DNA of 64,000 nt from Epithemia pelagica (lineage: Eukaryota; Protista; Bacillariophyta): assembly GCA_946965045.2 (NCBI GenBank), contig OX337229.1:930001-994000 (forward strand), in the 5' to 3' direction. This document shows positions 21,796 through 34,672 of the stretch, piece by piece; position 1 is the stretch's first letter; every line of letters begins with the position of its first letter. The notes below the pieces were generated by a model. It made no database searches. It saw only the letters and a program-made list of their open reading frames with translations, and was not told where the DNA came from. Position numbers and translations under genes: made by a program.

Positions 21796-24700
21796 ATGGA
21801 GATGGTAGAGGAGGACGACGAAGCGGATGGCAATCATCCTCTGCCCGCCAATGGCAATGCCAGTGATTACGATGCACCCCTATCATCCTCTTCGGAAAAC
21901 GACGATCACGACACGAAACAGAATTGGAGAACTTCACCACGTGGTGGTACCAAACAAAGTCGTGCCAACCACACAAACAACAAGAAATTACCTCGGTTTC
22001 CATATCCCACCTTTGCTGGTGGTGACGACGGGGAACAGGTCTTGGATGACAGTGAGGATGATGAATTTTTCCAAGGAAAGCGTGGACAATCGCGAGAAGA
22101 ACGAATTTACGGTGTGTTTTATACCGAAGGCATGTCGTCGTCGGATGAGGAGAACGACCACCATCCTCGAAGCAAGAAATCATCCCACAAGGGCAAACGA
22201 AAACGACCCTTCTTCAAATCTTCCTCCAAATCATCGACCAAATCCTTTTCAACAGCACCCCTTTTTGTGAAGGGTACTCAACCCGAAACCAACCAAGAGG
22301 AGAAAACGACTACTCCCCAGGAGCAGTCGACGGAACATGACACGGAACCCAGAAGGCAAGCCGATACGGTGTCCTCGATCGAACGGAACCAACGAATTGA
22401 ACAGGCCAATCAACATTTTCTGGATTTGCTCCAACGAGGAAAAGGCAACGCCAAACGGAGGCCAGACAAGGACTCGAATGCACCCCAACGGCCACATCAA
22501 TCGCAACCACAACAACAGGATAATCACAAGGACGACACGATGGAACCTGCTGCGGTCCGTAGGACGGAACAGTCGACTCCAATGACAGAGGAGGCCACGC
22601 CACGAGGCTTGGGGTTTTCAGCGGCCACCATGGATACAACCACAAAGGAATTGGACCAAACGAGTGGAGCATCGGACGACCACTCGGCAGCTTGGGGATC
22701 CATGACAGCAGCTGCCGCAGGGCTGGGATTTCAAAGCTTTGGTAGTACCAGTCGATCGGCCTCGGCCCAACCGGCTCGGGCCAAATTGGATCCCAAATTG
22801 GGAAAATGGGAAAAGCATACCAAGGGGATTGGTGCCAAGCTCTTGGCCAAAATGGGATATTCCGGAAGTGGTGCCTTGGGAAAGAAACGAAAAGCACCAG
22901 GACAACCGGATGGAAAAGAAACAAAAACTACAGAGGCCTCCGTGGCACCCATTGAAGTCAAGGTACGACCAGCCAACTTGGGACTGGGATATGGAGGGTT
23001 CCAAGAAGCGACTCATCTCAACAAACCCAAAACCGAGACATCCCAACAACAACAACAAGCCAAGGGAAAACGATCACGAACCGAGTCGTCTACTGCAATG
23101 GACCATTCCAATGAGTGGAAGTCCAATTTGCCTTCGGTGCAAGATTTGTTAAAGAATGACGAATCGTGGCGGAACCTACCATCTGGCGAGGTTGCGTCCA
23201 AAAGTAAGTCGTCCACCAAAAAGCCGGCAAAACCAAAACAAACCATTGTTAGTTACCAAGATTTGATCAAGCAACAAGAAGACCAAGCCGAAAAAACAAA
23301 GATTGTCGATTTGCAAGGTCCGCAGGTAGACAGAGACGGACCCAATTCCACCGATGCAACATCGGCCGAACCGCCCTTGGCCGAAGAATTGTTGCACAAT
23401 GTTTCGTTGCTCATGGGAATGCACGAGGGGAGACTGTATTCCGCTCATCAAATGGAATCCGTGGCCAAACGAAAATTGGAAAGTATCAAGGCAGATGCCT
23501 CGGCGTTGGAGAAACGCATCAAAGAACTGAAAGAACGGTACGATAAACTTTCAACTGTGATTGCCATACTCGATGAAATGGAACACGTTGTTGCAGACAC
23601 CATCTCCTCTTCGGACAAGGGTGATGATGCTCTCCTTCAAAAGACGCGAGAATGCTTGCAAGTCTTGGCACAGAACTTTGATGAACAAGAACGTCGTACC
23701 CTCCAGTTCCCAGATGTCATTGTGCCATCCATTTTGTTTCCCATGCTCGATAAGCGCCTGTTACAACAATGGGATCCCATGGCATCCTCCATTGAGAGGT
23801 CAAGAAACTTGATAAAGTCCACATTGGATGCGATTGATCCAGTCTTGTCGTCCTTCTTGCCGGAAGTGGAATGCTTACAAGTGGTGGAGACAATCTGGAA
23901 CAAGTTTATTCTACCGCGAGCTCAACAATCCATAGAAGATTGTAACTGGGAACAGTCCAACGAGATTGACCAGCTAGTTGAGCACTGTGTTGCTCTCTAC
24001 GAAATGTTGCAACGAGTTTCCCAGGCGGGCCCCATGAAATCCCAGTCGTCGATAGACGAGACAGTGGATGGTGCCGAAAATGTGTTTGCGTTTGGAGAAC
24101 CAAATCATGACGATCGTTCGTTGTCGCGAGGCAGACTTTCAGATATGATTAAGAAGAAGCTGATTTACAATACAGTGCATCCGAAGTTGCTCCGCTATTT
24201 GTCGCGATGGAAGGGAACCCTGGATGCGTCGGGTCAAATGCTCTCCAATCCCGTGGACGCCGTTGTTTTACCTTGGCTTGTTCATTTGGACCATGAGGGT
24301 TTACTACCGCCTCTATTGCATGATTGCCGGAGTAAATTGCGTAGTGCCGTCTCGTTTCTTAGCAAGACCTTCAAAGATGAGAAGGTAAACTTTGTGAAAC
24401 AAGCCTCACGTACTATTCGTCCTTGGCGTGGAGTTCTGAAGGCCAAATACCTTGACGAAATCATGTCGACCTACGTCACCCCCAAAGCCGCACGGTACAT
24501 TGGAATGCAAAAACTGAAATTCGAATCCAAGGCACAAGATTGGAAATTTACAGATTTGCTGTTTGGGTTACATGAGGATCGACTTTTGTCAGACCTGGAA
24601 TTTCTGAGTATTGTGGAGGCGGAACTCCTGAACCCATGGTGCCATACCATGCTAGATTGGTCGTACGAAGAAGAAAAGATCAATCGTGACAATAAGATGC

Positions 24701-25284
24701 TAGCCACGGTCTACTTGGATTGGAAGCATCATGTATTCGGAACCAACGACGAGGTTTCTTCGAGTCAGAAGATACTTCGAAACGACACCGTCATTTGTCG
24801 CCATTTCCTGGGAGTTCTTCACATCTTGCAGCGAGTTTCGGCCTCCAAAATTTCAATGGCTTCCAACGATCAGTCCATTTCTCCTCCACCAACGACCAAT
24901 TATCAGGTAGTGTTGGCGCGACGAACAGCTGACCAGAAACGTCAAGAAGCACAAGAATTTGCTCGAATGAATGTGACGGGCGTTGCCACGTCCACTCACG
25001 ATGCCACCAGTGAAGCCACGGCACGTCTGGCGGCGGCCCAACGTGGTCCATCGCACACACCAACTTTTCGGGAAGTTGTGGAGGAATTTGCTCGGGAGCG
25101 GGGCATTCTGTTTCGACCACGGATTGGTGACCACAAGGCCACGCATGTGGATGGTAAGCAAGTATTCTTGTTTGGGACCATCCCAGTCTACCTGGATGCC
25201 AACGTTGCGTATGCTCTGCTGAGGGATACCGATTGGGAACCCATTTCATTGGATGAACTTGGCCAGAAGGCTTCCGTCCAATGA
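21796..25284 (+). CDS. TFIP11: Tuftelin-interacting protein 11 / Spp382 (G-patch + GCFC spliceosome disassembly factor)
   Basis: REERIYGVF; G-patch WEKHTKGIGAKLLAKMGYSGSGALGK...PIEVKVRPANLGLG; ELLHNVSLL; C-terminal TFREVVEEFARERGILFRP...DGKQVFLFG. Likely start is the ATG at 21796; the ORF opens at 21628. Confidence 0.9.
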   Translation: MEMVEEDDEADGNHPLPANGNASDYDAPLSSSSENDDHDTKQNWRTSPRGGTKQSRANHTNNKKLPRFPYPTFAGGDDGEQVLDDSEDDEFFQGKRGQSREERIYGVFYTEGMSSSDEENDHHPRSKKSSHKGKRKRPFFKSSSKSSTKSFSTAPLFVKGTQPETNQEEKTTTPQEQSTEHDTEPRRQADTVSSIERNQRIEQANQHFLDLLQRGKGNAKRRPDKDSNAPQRPHQSQPQQQDNHKDDTMEPAAVRRTEQSTPMTEEATPRGLGFSAATMDTTTKELDQTSGASDDHSAAWGSMTAAAAGLGFQSFGSTSRSASAQPARAKLDPKLGKWEKHTKGIGAKLLAKMGYSGSGALGKKRKAPGQPDGKETKTTEASVAPIEVKVRPANLGLGYGGFQEATHLNKPKTETSQQQQQAKGKRSRTESSTAMDHSNEWKSNLPSVQDLLKNDESWRNLPSGEVASKSKSSTKKPAKPKQTIVSYQDLIKQQEDQAEKTKIVDLQGPQVDRDGPNSTDATSAEPPLAEELLHNVSLLMGMHEGRLYSAHQMESVAKRKLESIKADASALEKRIKELKERYDKLSTVIAILDEMEHVVADTISSSDKGDDALLQKTRECLQVLAQNFDEQERRTLQFPDVIVPSILFPMLDKRLLQQWDPMASSIERSRNLIKSTLDAIDPVLSSFLPEVECLQVVETIWNKFILPRAQQSIEDCNWEQSNEIDQLVEHCVALYEMLQRVSQAGPMKSQSSIDETVDGAENVFAFGEPNHDDRSLSRGRLSDMIKKKLIYNTVHPKLLRYLSRWKGTLDASGQMLSNPVDAVVLPWLVHLDHEGLLPPLLHDCRSKLRSAVSFLSKTFKDEKVNFVKQASRTIRPWRGVLKAKYLDEIMSTYVTPKAARYIGMQKLKFESKAQDWKFTDLLFGLHEDRLLSDLEFLSIVEAELLNPWCHTMLDWSYEEEKINRDNKMLATVYLDWKHHVFGTNDEVSSSQKILRNDTVICRHFLGVLHILQRVSASKISMASNDQSISPPPTTNYQVVLARRTADQKRQEAQEFARMNVTGVATSTHDATSEATARLAAAQRGPSHTPTFREVVEEFARERGILFRPRIGDHKATHVDGKQVFLFGTIPVYLDANVAYALLRDTDWEPISLDELGQKASVQ

Positions 25285-26298
25285 ACACACAGGTCAAGGT
25301 AAAAGGTAGGTCTTGTTCTATCTACTATGACAACGCCCAGCTAGAGCCCAGTTTTCGCTTCTTCATCGAATTTTCTTGGGAAACATTGTAATACGGGCCA
25401 GAGAAAAAACCGGGACATTTTTCACTTGTTCTGGAGAATTCATGTTGTTGATTTTGAGGATAGATCGAGTAGCCCAGTTTCCGGACATTTTTCATGAGAC
25501 TCTCATGCGAATATTTGGTTCATGAATCTTTGCTCACACAGGCGGAAGGCAGACCTTGCTACGGTTGATCTGGGGGCTAAAATGTCGAGAAAGAAGTTTG
25601 CTGATCACATTCTCAGACACTTTGACACTGTACGGTCACTCACTGCAACGGCAATCAACCGTTGCCACTATGCCGAACCTCCAGGAGCGTAGAAGGAACA
25701 TGACTGGAAGTCTGAAGTTTGGTGTCCTGATCTTGTCAGTGTCCTGATAATGGTTTAGGCGCCAAAAGAGTCAACTTCAGTTTTGGGGCTTGGGAAAATG
25801 CAGATTGTCGAATCAATCACAACCTCCAGACTGCTAAAGAAGAGCTACCAAATCCAATCTTCAACGTTGTACGAGGAAGAGGAATCAATACGTTTGGTGG
25901 TGCCGGGTCCATGAAATTGGGGTTGACGATGGCAAGATCAGTGTCCGTGCTTTCAACTTACGGAATCTTGACAGTTTGTTCTTCATCGTTTCCATAGACC
26001 TTGAGGGTGTGATGCCCATCGACCCACATATTGTAGGAGAAGGAGTAGCTACTATGACATAGAGGAATAGGACATAGGTAGTTTGTCCTTTCTTGTGAAC
26101 CACCTGTGAAACGCGACTGCGGCGCTTAAAATTTGAAAACCAACTCGCGAAATTTTGGTCCCAACCAACACCCGGACGAACTTCTTCAGCGCGACCGCAA
26201 ACAACGAAACCATAATATTTCGTCCGCTATCCGATATCCGATGCCCCATTTTGGTGACGGATCACAAACACAAGAAAGCCAGAGATATACATACGACC

Positions 26299-27816
26299 AT
26301 GGACGATGTCATGCAAGAAGAAGATGCGGACCTGATTGAGCAGGTGTCGGATGAGGAGGAAGAAGAGGACGATGACGACGCTGCCATGCAAGGGAATGAT
26401 CACCACCAACAGCCCAATCAACAAGCCAACGGAAACAATGGAGAACGACGAGGGGGGAGCAACCGTTTGGCGGATCAAGTGAACATGGAAGATGAGCCTC
26501 CATTGCCAGGATATGAACGGTAAGCATAATGTAAATCTTTTGTTTGGTGAAAAGTCAAGATTGAATCGATAACAGAGGATTCGAAAGTCCAATTGATCCA
26601 AGTTTCTCACGACTCGTCGCGTTTCTGTGCTTCTTCTGTTGCGTGTGTTCCTCCGAGACCAGAACGGATGTGATTGGTCAAGGAGCCTATGGAATTGTGT
26701 ATCGTGGGCGCCAAGAAGAATCGGGTGACATTGTGGCTATCAAGAGGATTCCATTTGCCGATTCGACTCCCGAAGGAGGAGTCCCCTGCAATGTTATACG
26801 AGAAATATCTCTGCTTCGTGAACTTGATCACCCTAATGTGGTACGTGTCCATAGTCTTTGGACAGCGCTATGGATGTGGCTGCTTCTCATTTTAGCTTTG
26901 CAACTTGTTGCCGTTCTTTTTTTTTCTTACATTTCGAAAACCCTGAATTGTGGTTGCAGGTCAAGTTGCTCGATATCATTCAAGCAGCTCCTGGTGGGCT
27001 TTATCTTGTCTTTGAGTTTGTCTCGCACGATCTCAAAACCTTTATGGATCAGCACCAACGGTCGGACGACATTTCCGAACGCATTGGACTGCCACTCCCC
27101 ACCGTACGGTCCTTTCTACGACAGATTATTGCTGGCGTTGGATGTTGCCATACCTATCGTATTCTTCATCGAGATTTAAAGCCACACAATGTACGTACAT
27201 TTCGTCCTGTGAAAGAGAAGTGACAGTTCTTTTTTGTGTGTTTCTCATTTGAGGAAACCATTCCTTCAAATCTTTCTTGATCAATCTACCATTACCTTTG
27301 AAAATAACTTTCCTTGAATGTTATAATCAGTTACTCATCTCTGGAGACGGCCGCCAGGTCAAGTTGGCAGATTTCGGATTGGCTCGTTTGTCTGCGATTC
27401 CGAATGGACCGTACACATTTGAGGTTGTGACCTTGTGGTACCGAGCGCCAGAACTTTTGCTGGGCTCCAGTCGTTATTCGACATCGGTGGATGTTTGGAG
27501 CATTGGATGTATTTTCTCGGAAATGGCAACCGGGATGCCATTGTTCCCCGGACGATCGGATATTGACCAGCTCTTCAAAATCTTTCAACGACGAGGGACA
27601 CCTACGCCCGATATGTGGCCGGCCGTGGTCCGTCTTCCACATTATAATGTGGAGTTCCCTCAATGGAGGGAACGAAACATTACCGATTTTTGTCCAGCCG
27701 CATCGCTCGGCGGATCCTCGGGGGTGGATTTGTTGACAAAACTATTGCACTATGATCCAGATCGTCGAATTTCTTGCAAGAGTTCGTTGCAACACCCGTT
27801 CTTTCTTCAAGAATAG
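26299..27816 (+). CDS. Cyclin-dependent kinase with PCNVIRE motif (exons 26299-26519, 26663-26840, 26960-27190, 27331-27816)
   Basis: IGQGAYGIVY, VAIKRI, GVPCNVIREISLLRELDHPNV, HRDLKPHN, LADFGLAR, VVTLWYRAPELLLG. Three frame-consistent GT-AG introns. Confidence 0.92.
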
Positions 27817-28150
27817 AATATATGATTTTGCTATTAAGAGGAAGATTTCCTTCAGTTTTGGGGGATTGTTCCACGGCTATTTCATTTCGCTTCGACTTTT
27901 AATGGTACTTGACAAATGGTCTATATCCGAATAGGTACTCCTATTACAACAAAGGTAAGCGCATCCTAGCCCAGACAGTATACCAGTCGCAGAAAATTTG
28001 TCTGCCCCACACGAAAATCTGAGACGCGCATAACTACACGTACTCCTCCACACCATTTGTCCACAGATTTCTTCTGCTGCATCCATCCTGACCCTGACGA
28101 CCAAAATAATATCATCATTCATCATACTCTAGCTTCTGATTTATTTCCCC

Positions 28151-29107
28151 ATGTCCGAAAAAGTTGCCGAGAAAGTTGGCATCCAAGGAGACGACATGAA
28201 AGAAGACGATCCGTCCGCACATGTCAATTCGCAACTCTTTGCTTCATTGTTGCCAGAACCACAGCTTCGTAGTATTGTGAGTCAGTGGATCCACGATGAC
28301 ATGCCGTCGTTTGATGTGGGAGGGATGGTCGTTGGGACAAAGTCAAAAGAAGCCACTTTATGGATGAAGTCATCGGGTGTCTTATCAGGGATGCCCTTCG
28401 TGGAAGCGGTGTTTACTCACTTGCAGTGTACGGTTGACTGGAATAAAGACGTCGCCATTGAGGGAAAATGGATTGATGTTGGCAGTGGCTCCAAGATTGC
28501 CTTGGCTACAGTAGTTGGTCCTGTGCACAAACTTCTGCAAGGTGAACGGACAGCACTCAATACACTAAGTCGTTGTTCGGGTGTAGCTTCAGCAGCTCAC
28601 AAGGCTGTTACAATAGCAAGAGAAACTGGGTGGAAAGGCTGGGTCGCAGGGACGCGGAAAACCACTCCAGGATTCCGGGTGGTGGAAAAGTACGGTTTGT
28701 TGGTGGGCGGTGCCGCCACACACCGATTGGATCTGAGCCAAATGGTCATGCTGAAAGACAATCACATTTGGGCTGCTGGTTCCATTGGAGATGCCGTCCG
28801 ACTGGCAAGACGAGCGGCTGGATTTTCACAAAAGATTGAAGTGGAATGTCAGTCCTTGGAGGAGGCCAAGGAGGCAGCCTCGGCTGGTGCCGATATTGTC
28901 ATGCTTGATAACTTTGAACCGGATAGACTCAAGACTTGTGCAGCGGAGCTTAAGCTACAATTCCCTCATCTCCTAATTGAAGCAAGCGGAGGCATCACAA
29001 CAGACACCATGGCACAGTTTCTTTCGGAACATGTCGATATCGTTTCTCAGGGAAAATTAACTCAGGGCTATGAATGTCTTGATTTTAGTCTTAAGATCGT
29101 TCACTAA
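28151..29107 (+). CDS. nadC: Nicotinate-nucleotide pyrophosphorylase (carboxylating) / quinolinate phosphoribosyltransferase
   Basis: LQGERTALN, GTRKTTPG, HRLDLSQMVMLKDNHI, IEVEC, VMLDNF, IEASGGIT. Confidence 0.96.
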   Translation: MSEKVAEKVGIQGDDMKEDDPSAHVNSQLFASLLPEPQLRSIVSQWIHDDMPSFDVGGMVVGTKSKEATLWMKSSGVLSGMPFVEAVFTHLQCTVDWNKDVAIEGKWIDVGSGSKIALATVVGPVHKLLQGERTALNTLSRCSGVASAAHKAVTIARETGWKGWVAGTRKTTPGFRVVEKYGLLVGGAATHRLDLSQMVMLKDNHIWAAGSIGDAVRLARRAAGFSQKIEVECQSLEEAKEAASAGADIVMLDNFEPDRLKTCAAELKLQFPHLLIEASGGITTDTMAQFLSEHVDIVSQGKLTQGYECLDFSLKIVH

Positions 29108-29198
29108 ATACACAATGCAGGAAAACATTCCATGCATAAAAGTTTATGGAGTCCCACAACCGATAAAATCTCGGGATATACAAATTTTGTGTGTACGT

Positions 29199-32100
29199 TT
29201 ACATGGCTCCCTTTCTGGGATTGATGGACGCGCTTACTGCCGCGTTGAATGAGGCTTCGATTTCATCCAATGATAGTGCGGATGTAAAGTCAAATGGATC
29301 GGATACATTAGCTCGTTGTCCGGTTGAGGCCGCCGATGCAGAATTTGTTCGTGACCATCGACCACGTCCATTTCCACTGCTCTTTGTCCCCATTAAATCA
29401 GATGAATCTGTCATTGTTGGAATTGGCGTGCTTGGACTTCTGCGGTGTTGTTTCTTAACCTCAGAAGTAGTCGTTAATTCTCTTGATGCAGCACGCAGTC
29501 TGGCTTGTTCCAACAAGGGAGGTTGGTGTTCGTGGAGTTCACCAAAGGCATCGACACGAACCACATTGGAACGACTTGAACGATCCGTGGGAGACTTTTC
29601 GGGAGTGGGAGAGTCAAATCGAGTTGCCGAATCCCTTCGCTCCATTCGTTGGCTGAGACGCATGCGCGGATCAACCACAGGGGCGCTCTGGGTTCGTCTG
29701 TGTGTCTTCTTTTTACCATCTGCCGACGACAAAGAGTTCGGAGACGGTCTGCGCTCGTCTGATACTCTTGGTTCCATTGGTGCGCTCAATAACTCATCCA
29801 AGCGAGAAAAAGCGGATCCTTTGGTAGCGACCGAAGGGACAGCGTCACCACTGAGTTTTTGGACAGGAGTAAAAGAAGTCTTGCTTGCTTTCCCTTCACC
29901 TTCAGCCCCAAGACTTCCGTAAGTTCCGGAGCGAGAACTACTATTTGTTCTTGTGAACGCGCGCTCAATATCGTCCTGAGTAATGTCGGCAGTGACTGGC
30001 CTGTAGTTGCTTGTTTCTGGACTAGTTTTGGTCACCACACTAGTGGGTAGATCACCGAGGTCGTTGTCGAAGCCGTCCATGTCATGATCGTCATTACCAT
30101 CGTATTCGTCGTCCATTGGATCATACGTCGAGACCAAAGGTCGACCTTGCATTCCTGGTTCACAGAGAACTTCTGGTACCGCAGTAATATCTCCGCGACT
30201 TCGTTGTTCCTTGTAGAAGACAATACTCTGTCGCGAAACCATGAGTGAAACAAAGACGGAAATGACCAACAGAGGGAATACTGCGGAGTAATCGCCCGCA
30301 ATGCTTGTGAAAAAGTCACCGTCTTCGGGCCTGAAAGAACTAATGGTCAGTGTCAGAATTAGCATGATTGCAGTGTGAGCTCGGAATGTCACTGTGTTTG
30401 AAACAAGAAAAGTTTGTTGTGAGGATTCGAACAATGTTGAGAAACTCAAGAAGTATGTGGTATAGAGGCAACTTACCAACGTGCGCCGATCCCATGGTAC
30501 AGAGAATAATCAAACAAGGATATGCCGAAAAGGTTCCCCCGATACCAATGGAGGAATCAATCCAGTCCACCAAATCTCCCAAAAAGTGACTGGCGGCACA
30601 TCCAATGAACAAGGGCCCCCAGAAATGGCCTCCAATAATCCCAGTACCCAACGATAGACCAATGACAATGGTTTTGGACACCATGAGCAAAATGGAGCAT
30701 TGCATACTAAAGCCAGCTTTGATAGCTTCGGGGTCATTGGTATCAATGATGCAGTATCCCAGAGCGGTCAAATCGGCCGTCGGTTCGTCGTCCTTTCCAA
30801 ACACGGGAAGTGGAGTTCGTCCTCGGTCAATGAGATTTTGAAGTTGCGCCTCGCCCCAAAACAAGGTGTGTGGAACAAACATGGCTACCAAACCACAGAG
30901 AGCACCGGCAATCGCCCCGGCCAAAGCGGCCCTGTATGGTTCGTACGGAACCACACAGCAAAACAACTTTCGCAGGCTTTTGAGAGAACAGGTCCTCTTG
31001 GACCATCGGGAAAAGGAATCCAAGGACGACAAGGATGCAAATGCCGATGATTTTCGTTTGAGCGGGGTCTTTTCCACCAAAGGATGGGTTTCGGTTTCGG
31101 GATGATAATGATAGTCCATCGATCCGTCGTCATCAATGTGAAGCTCATCTTCGTGGTGATCATGAGGAGCATGGAACCAATCATGCACCCAAACTTTGAG
31201 TTTCATGACGGAAAAGGCGTAGGCAATACCAATCGCGGCCCCATAGAGGCCATAGACAATCGCATGGGTAAAGATTTGACTGGGAAGAGAATCACTCAAG
31301 AAGGGATACTTGAAATATCCAGTAACGTCGTTTCCCGTAATGATTCGATTGGTCACAACAGCAATAATGGATGAAATGGTGGCAGGGGACAAGGCTTCAA
31401 AGTATTGCAAACCCATGCGATGGGGAATTTCCAGTACAAAGAGCGCACCTGCCATGGGGAAGCCAAAGAATCCTCCGACGGCGGCAGAGGCAGCAGTCAA
31501 GTTCAGCACACGTGCTTGCAACATGGATTGTTGACAGAGCATACCCAACCATGAACCAAACATTCCCGCAGTCAAGACGAGAGGAAGTTCTGGTCCCAAA
31601 CTGAGACCCGAGAGCATACCCAAGGTAGCCAACACAAAGAGTGGCCAGAATGTCCGGTAATCTTGGACACCACGCGCATGCAAGTTCTTGATCCACTCGT
31701 TTTGACCAGGAATGGGCACTGGTAGAATACAAAAAACATAGGAAAGGATGGAGCTGAAAATCATGGGGCAAATCCACATGTAGTGATAGAGTGGGAAGGA
31801 GCCTTCCAGATCGGTAAAGACCCCTAGCTCTAGCAACGCTTCTGGTACAGTCTCCCATACGAAATCAACTCCTGTTTCAATGAGCATCTTCCAGAGGGCT
31901 GTGTACACACCCATGGCAATACCAATAATGACGGCCCACCAAAATTGCTGCAAGGATGTAAACTCCGGAGCAATTGGATTGTACAAATAGTGTCGAACAA
32001 AGCCTGCAGCTGTCCAGCCTTGTGTGGCTTCAAAATAGGGAGTGCCCCGATCATCAAACTTGACATCGGCAATCAACCAGGGTGACGGATTCAACCAGTA

Positions 32101-32931
32101 CTTGAGAGTTTCCCAAATCGACGAATTGTAGTCAAACACGGGCTTTGTCTTTTCCTTTTGATCGTTAATGTCAAAGCCCTCGAAACTTTCGTCGTCATCA
32201 TCATCGTCATCATCCGATTCGTCGTCGGAAACCGTAAAAAAGAAGTCACTACTGCTCTCTCTCAAAAGCTGTCGAGTCTTGCTGCTACCACGCATCTTGC
32301 CAGACGAGGACCGATGCTTGAGTCTCTTGGAAGAGGTTGTCGACTCTCTAAGAACATCCGAGAGACGCATATTGCTATCGAGAAATGCAGCTCCCAAGAG
32401 GGAGTCACCCATGGACATGTCGGACACGCGCAATGAATCATTCCGAATCGATGAGCAGCGCCGTTCCTCCGTGTTACCGGCAGTCGCCGCCTTTGCTCCC
32501 GACGCCGCAGTGGTATCCGCCAAAAATCCATTTTGCTCAAAGGCAGAACGTTCCCAAAAGTCATGCTTTTTTGTGTTGGAGGAGGAATTCCGTTCCTTGG
32601 GCCGTGATGTAGATCGATTGACAACATCGGCCATTTCTCCTTCCTCGACATGAGTCACACGAGGTTGCTGCTTTGGTTTCTTCTTTTTCTTCTTTCGACG
32701 ATGCGGATCACGGTGAGCGGCAAGGGGGGATATCGGCAAGGGAGGATGCCCATCCCGAAAAAACGCATTGTTGGTAGATCCATTGGAATCGGCGCGCAAC
32801 CGAAGACCAATTACGGCCCGTGGATGTCGGGGAGGCGGTGTCAAATCATCGTCCTCGACCAATCGAGTGGGAGAAGAATAGCGGACGCCCTTTTCGTGCT
32901 TCGAACTACAAGTAGGCGAAACTGTCGGCAT
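29199..32931 (-). CDS. CLC-family chloride channel/transporter with long disordered termini (exons 32931-30477, 30391-29199)
   Basis: LSLGPELPLV, GGFFGFPMAGALFVLEI, GIIGGHFWGPLFIG. Intron GTAAGT...ACAG joins SAHV/VTFRAHTAIMLILT. Confidence 0.85.
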
Positions 32932-33542
32932 CGTGGACTTGAAAAAGCGAGATCCTGGTCACGACGAACTACCGCTCGATCCTTGAGACGGAGGTTGCAA
33001 TCTCGACTCACTTCAAGCGGTCTTTCTTGACCTTGAGAGGGAGATGAATTGATGATGGAAAGATTTTGTGTCGACTGGCAAAAAAATCTTGGGTGCACGT
33101 TGCAAGACTAACCAGGATTGATCGGTACAACCAGCGCTCGTACACCAATGATGTCGGACGAAGTGTACTTCATGTGCTATACTGTGTCCAGATGGATCGT
33201 GTCGTAAGAGCGCTTGAGAGTAGCAACATCCAAGAACGCAAAAGATACGCCCGGGGTAGCAAAGGTACCAATCACTATTGTGGTGTATAGTTTCAGGGTA
33301 CACAAAATTGGCACAGAAGCTAATCCATCGCGGGACTCCCCTAACTGAAGTTCAGGGATACCATCAATCGATATAAGCCCAACGGAAACATCGCGTGATC
33401 ACATAGCAAACGACAACACGAGTGAGGACATGCATGAACATGGTACTGTTTCAATCATACTCCATCCAGGACTCGAACTCTGGATCCCGGAACCGCCCTT
33501 GACGCAGTCGCACGTACCACGCACGAAAAATTTGAGGGTGTG

Positions 33543-34289
33543 ATGGAATCGTACCATCAAGCGTCAAGATCGACCATGATGTTGTGGCTGGCCTGGACGA
33601 TGGTGTTTTCAATGGTTACTCCGAAAATTCTTGCCTCCACCCGTTCATCATCAATACAAGGACGACCCCTGAATCTGATTCGTGATCGATCTACGGTAAC
33701 GGCTTTTGTCAGACCCCTGAAAAGAACGGCTACGACGACGACGACGACAAACACCGTCAATCGTATCATGAGATCTGCCGGTCAAGCCTCCATGCCTTGT
33801 AGAAGGATTCCTTCTCTCTCCAACAATGAAAATCCATTCCAAATGGCGGCACGATCCTGGAGTTCTTCCACGGTTGTGTCCATGGGATTTAGTGCGAATG
33901 ATGGAGGCTCCTCCTCCTTGCCGATGCGCAATATTGGCAAGAGCGAAATGCAAGAAATCTTGGAAGATTACTCGGAAGCAGGCCGTGAAGAATCGCAGTA
34001 CTGTGTCATTGATGTTCGAACCGATGAAGAGGTTTATTACACGGGCAAACTGGCCAAAAATGTCTACACCTTGCCCATTCAAGTAATCATGAGTACCAAT
34101 GCATTCAATATGGAGGAAGATGACTTTGAAGACGCATTTGGATTTCAAAAGCCTCAACTGGATGAAACCATTGTCTTTACCTGCGCAGCAGGAATTCGAT
34201 CCGTCTATGCTTGTCAAGCCGCGGCAGCTTGCGGTTACACCAATCTGATCAATTACACGGGCGGTGCCAATGAATGGTTCCAATCCTAA
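33543..34289 (+). CDS. Single-domain rhodanese/sulfurtransferase with organellar presequence
   Basis: VIDVRTDEE, active-site loop FTCAAGIRS, NYTGGANEW. Long Ser/Arg-rich N-terminal extension. Confidence 0.88.
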   Translation: MESYHQASRSTMMLWLAWTMVFSMVTPKILASTRSSSIQGRPLNLIRDRSTVTAFVRPLKRTATTTTTTNTVNRIMRSAGQASMPCRRIPSLSNNENPFQMAARSWSSSTVVSMGFSANDGGSSSLPMRNIGKSEMQEILEDYSEAGREESQYCVIDVRTDEEVYYTGKLAKNVYTLPIQVIMSTNAFNMEEDDFEDAFGFQKPQLDETIVFTCAAGIRSVYACQAAAACGYTNLINYTGGANEWFQS

Positions 34290-34672
34290 CAGAGCTCGAA
34301 GCCATGCTACGAATATGGATTGTCACTGATCATACGCATACATAAAAGTCGTTGGGTCCAAACTTGTAAGCGTTGCTCATGAGGCGACGTAACACCAAGA
34401 AAGAACGCAACATTCTTTTATGATGTGTTGCTCTCTCTCTGTATGGAATCTCGAGCTAATTTGATGCTACAGAGGGCAGCATCATGTACACTAAGAAGAA
34501 AGAGACATTGCTTGTCCCAATTCTTCTGTTTAAATCGATATTTTAATTCGTTTCGCGCGAAGGCTTGTTATCTATTGAAAGTAAACGGATGGGTTGTGCG
34601 AATGGGATGAACTAAAGCAGAATGATGAACCATCATCCATCCAAATGATCCAGGTACTTGTGCAATGCTTTT

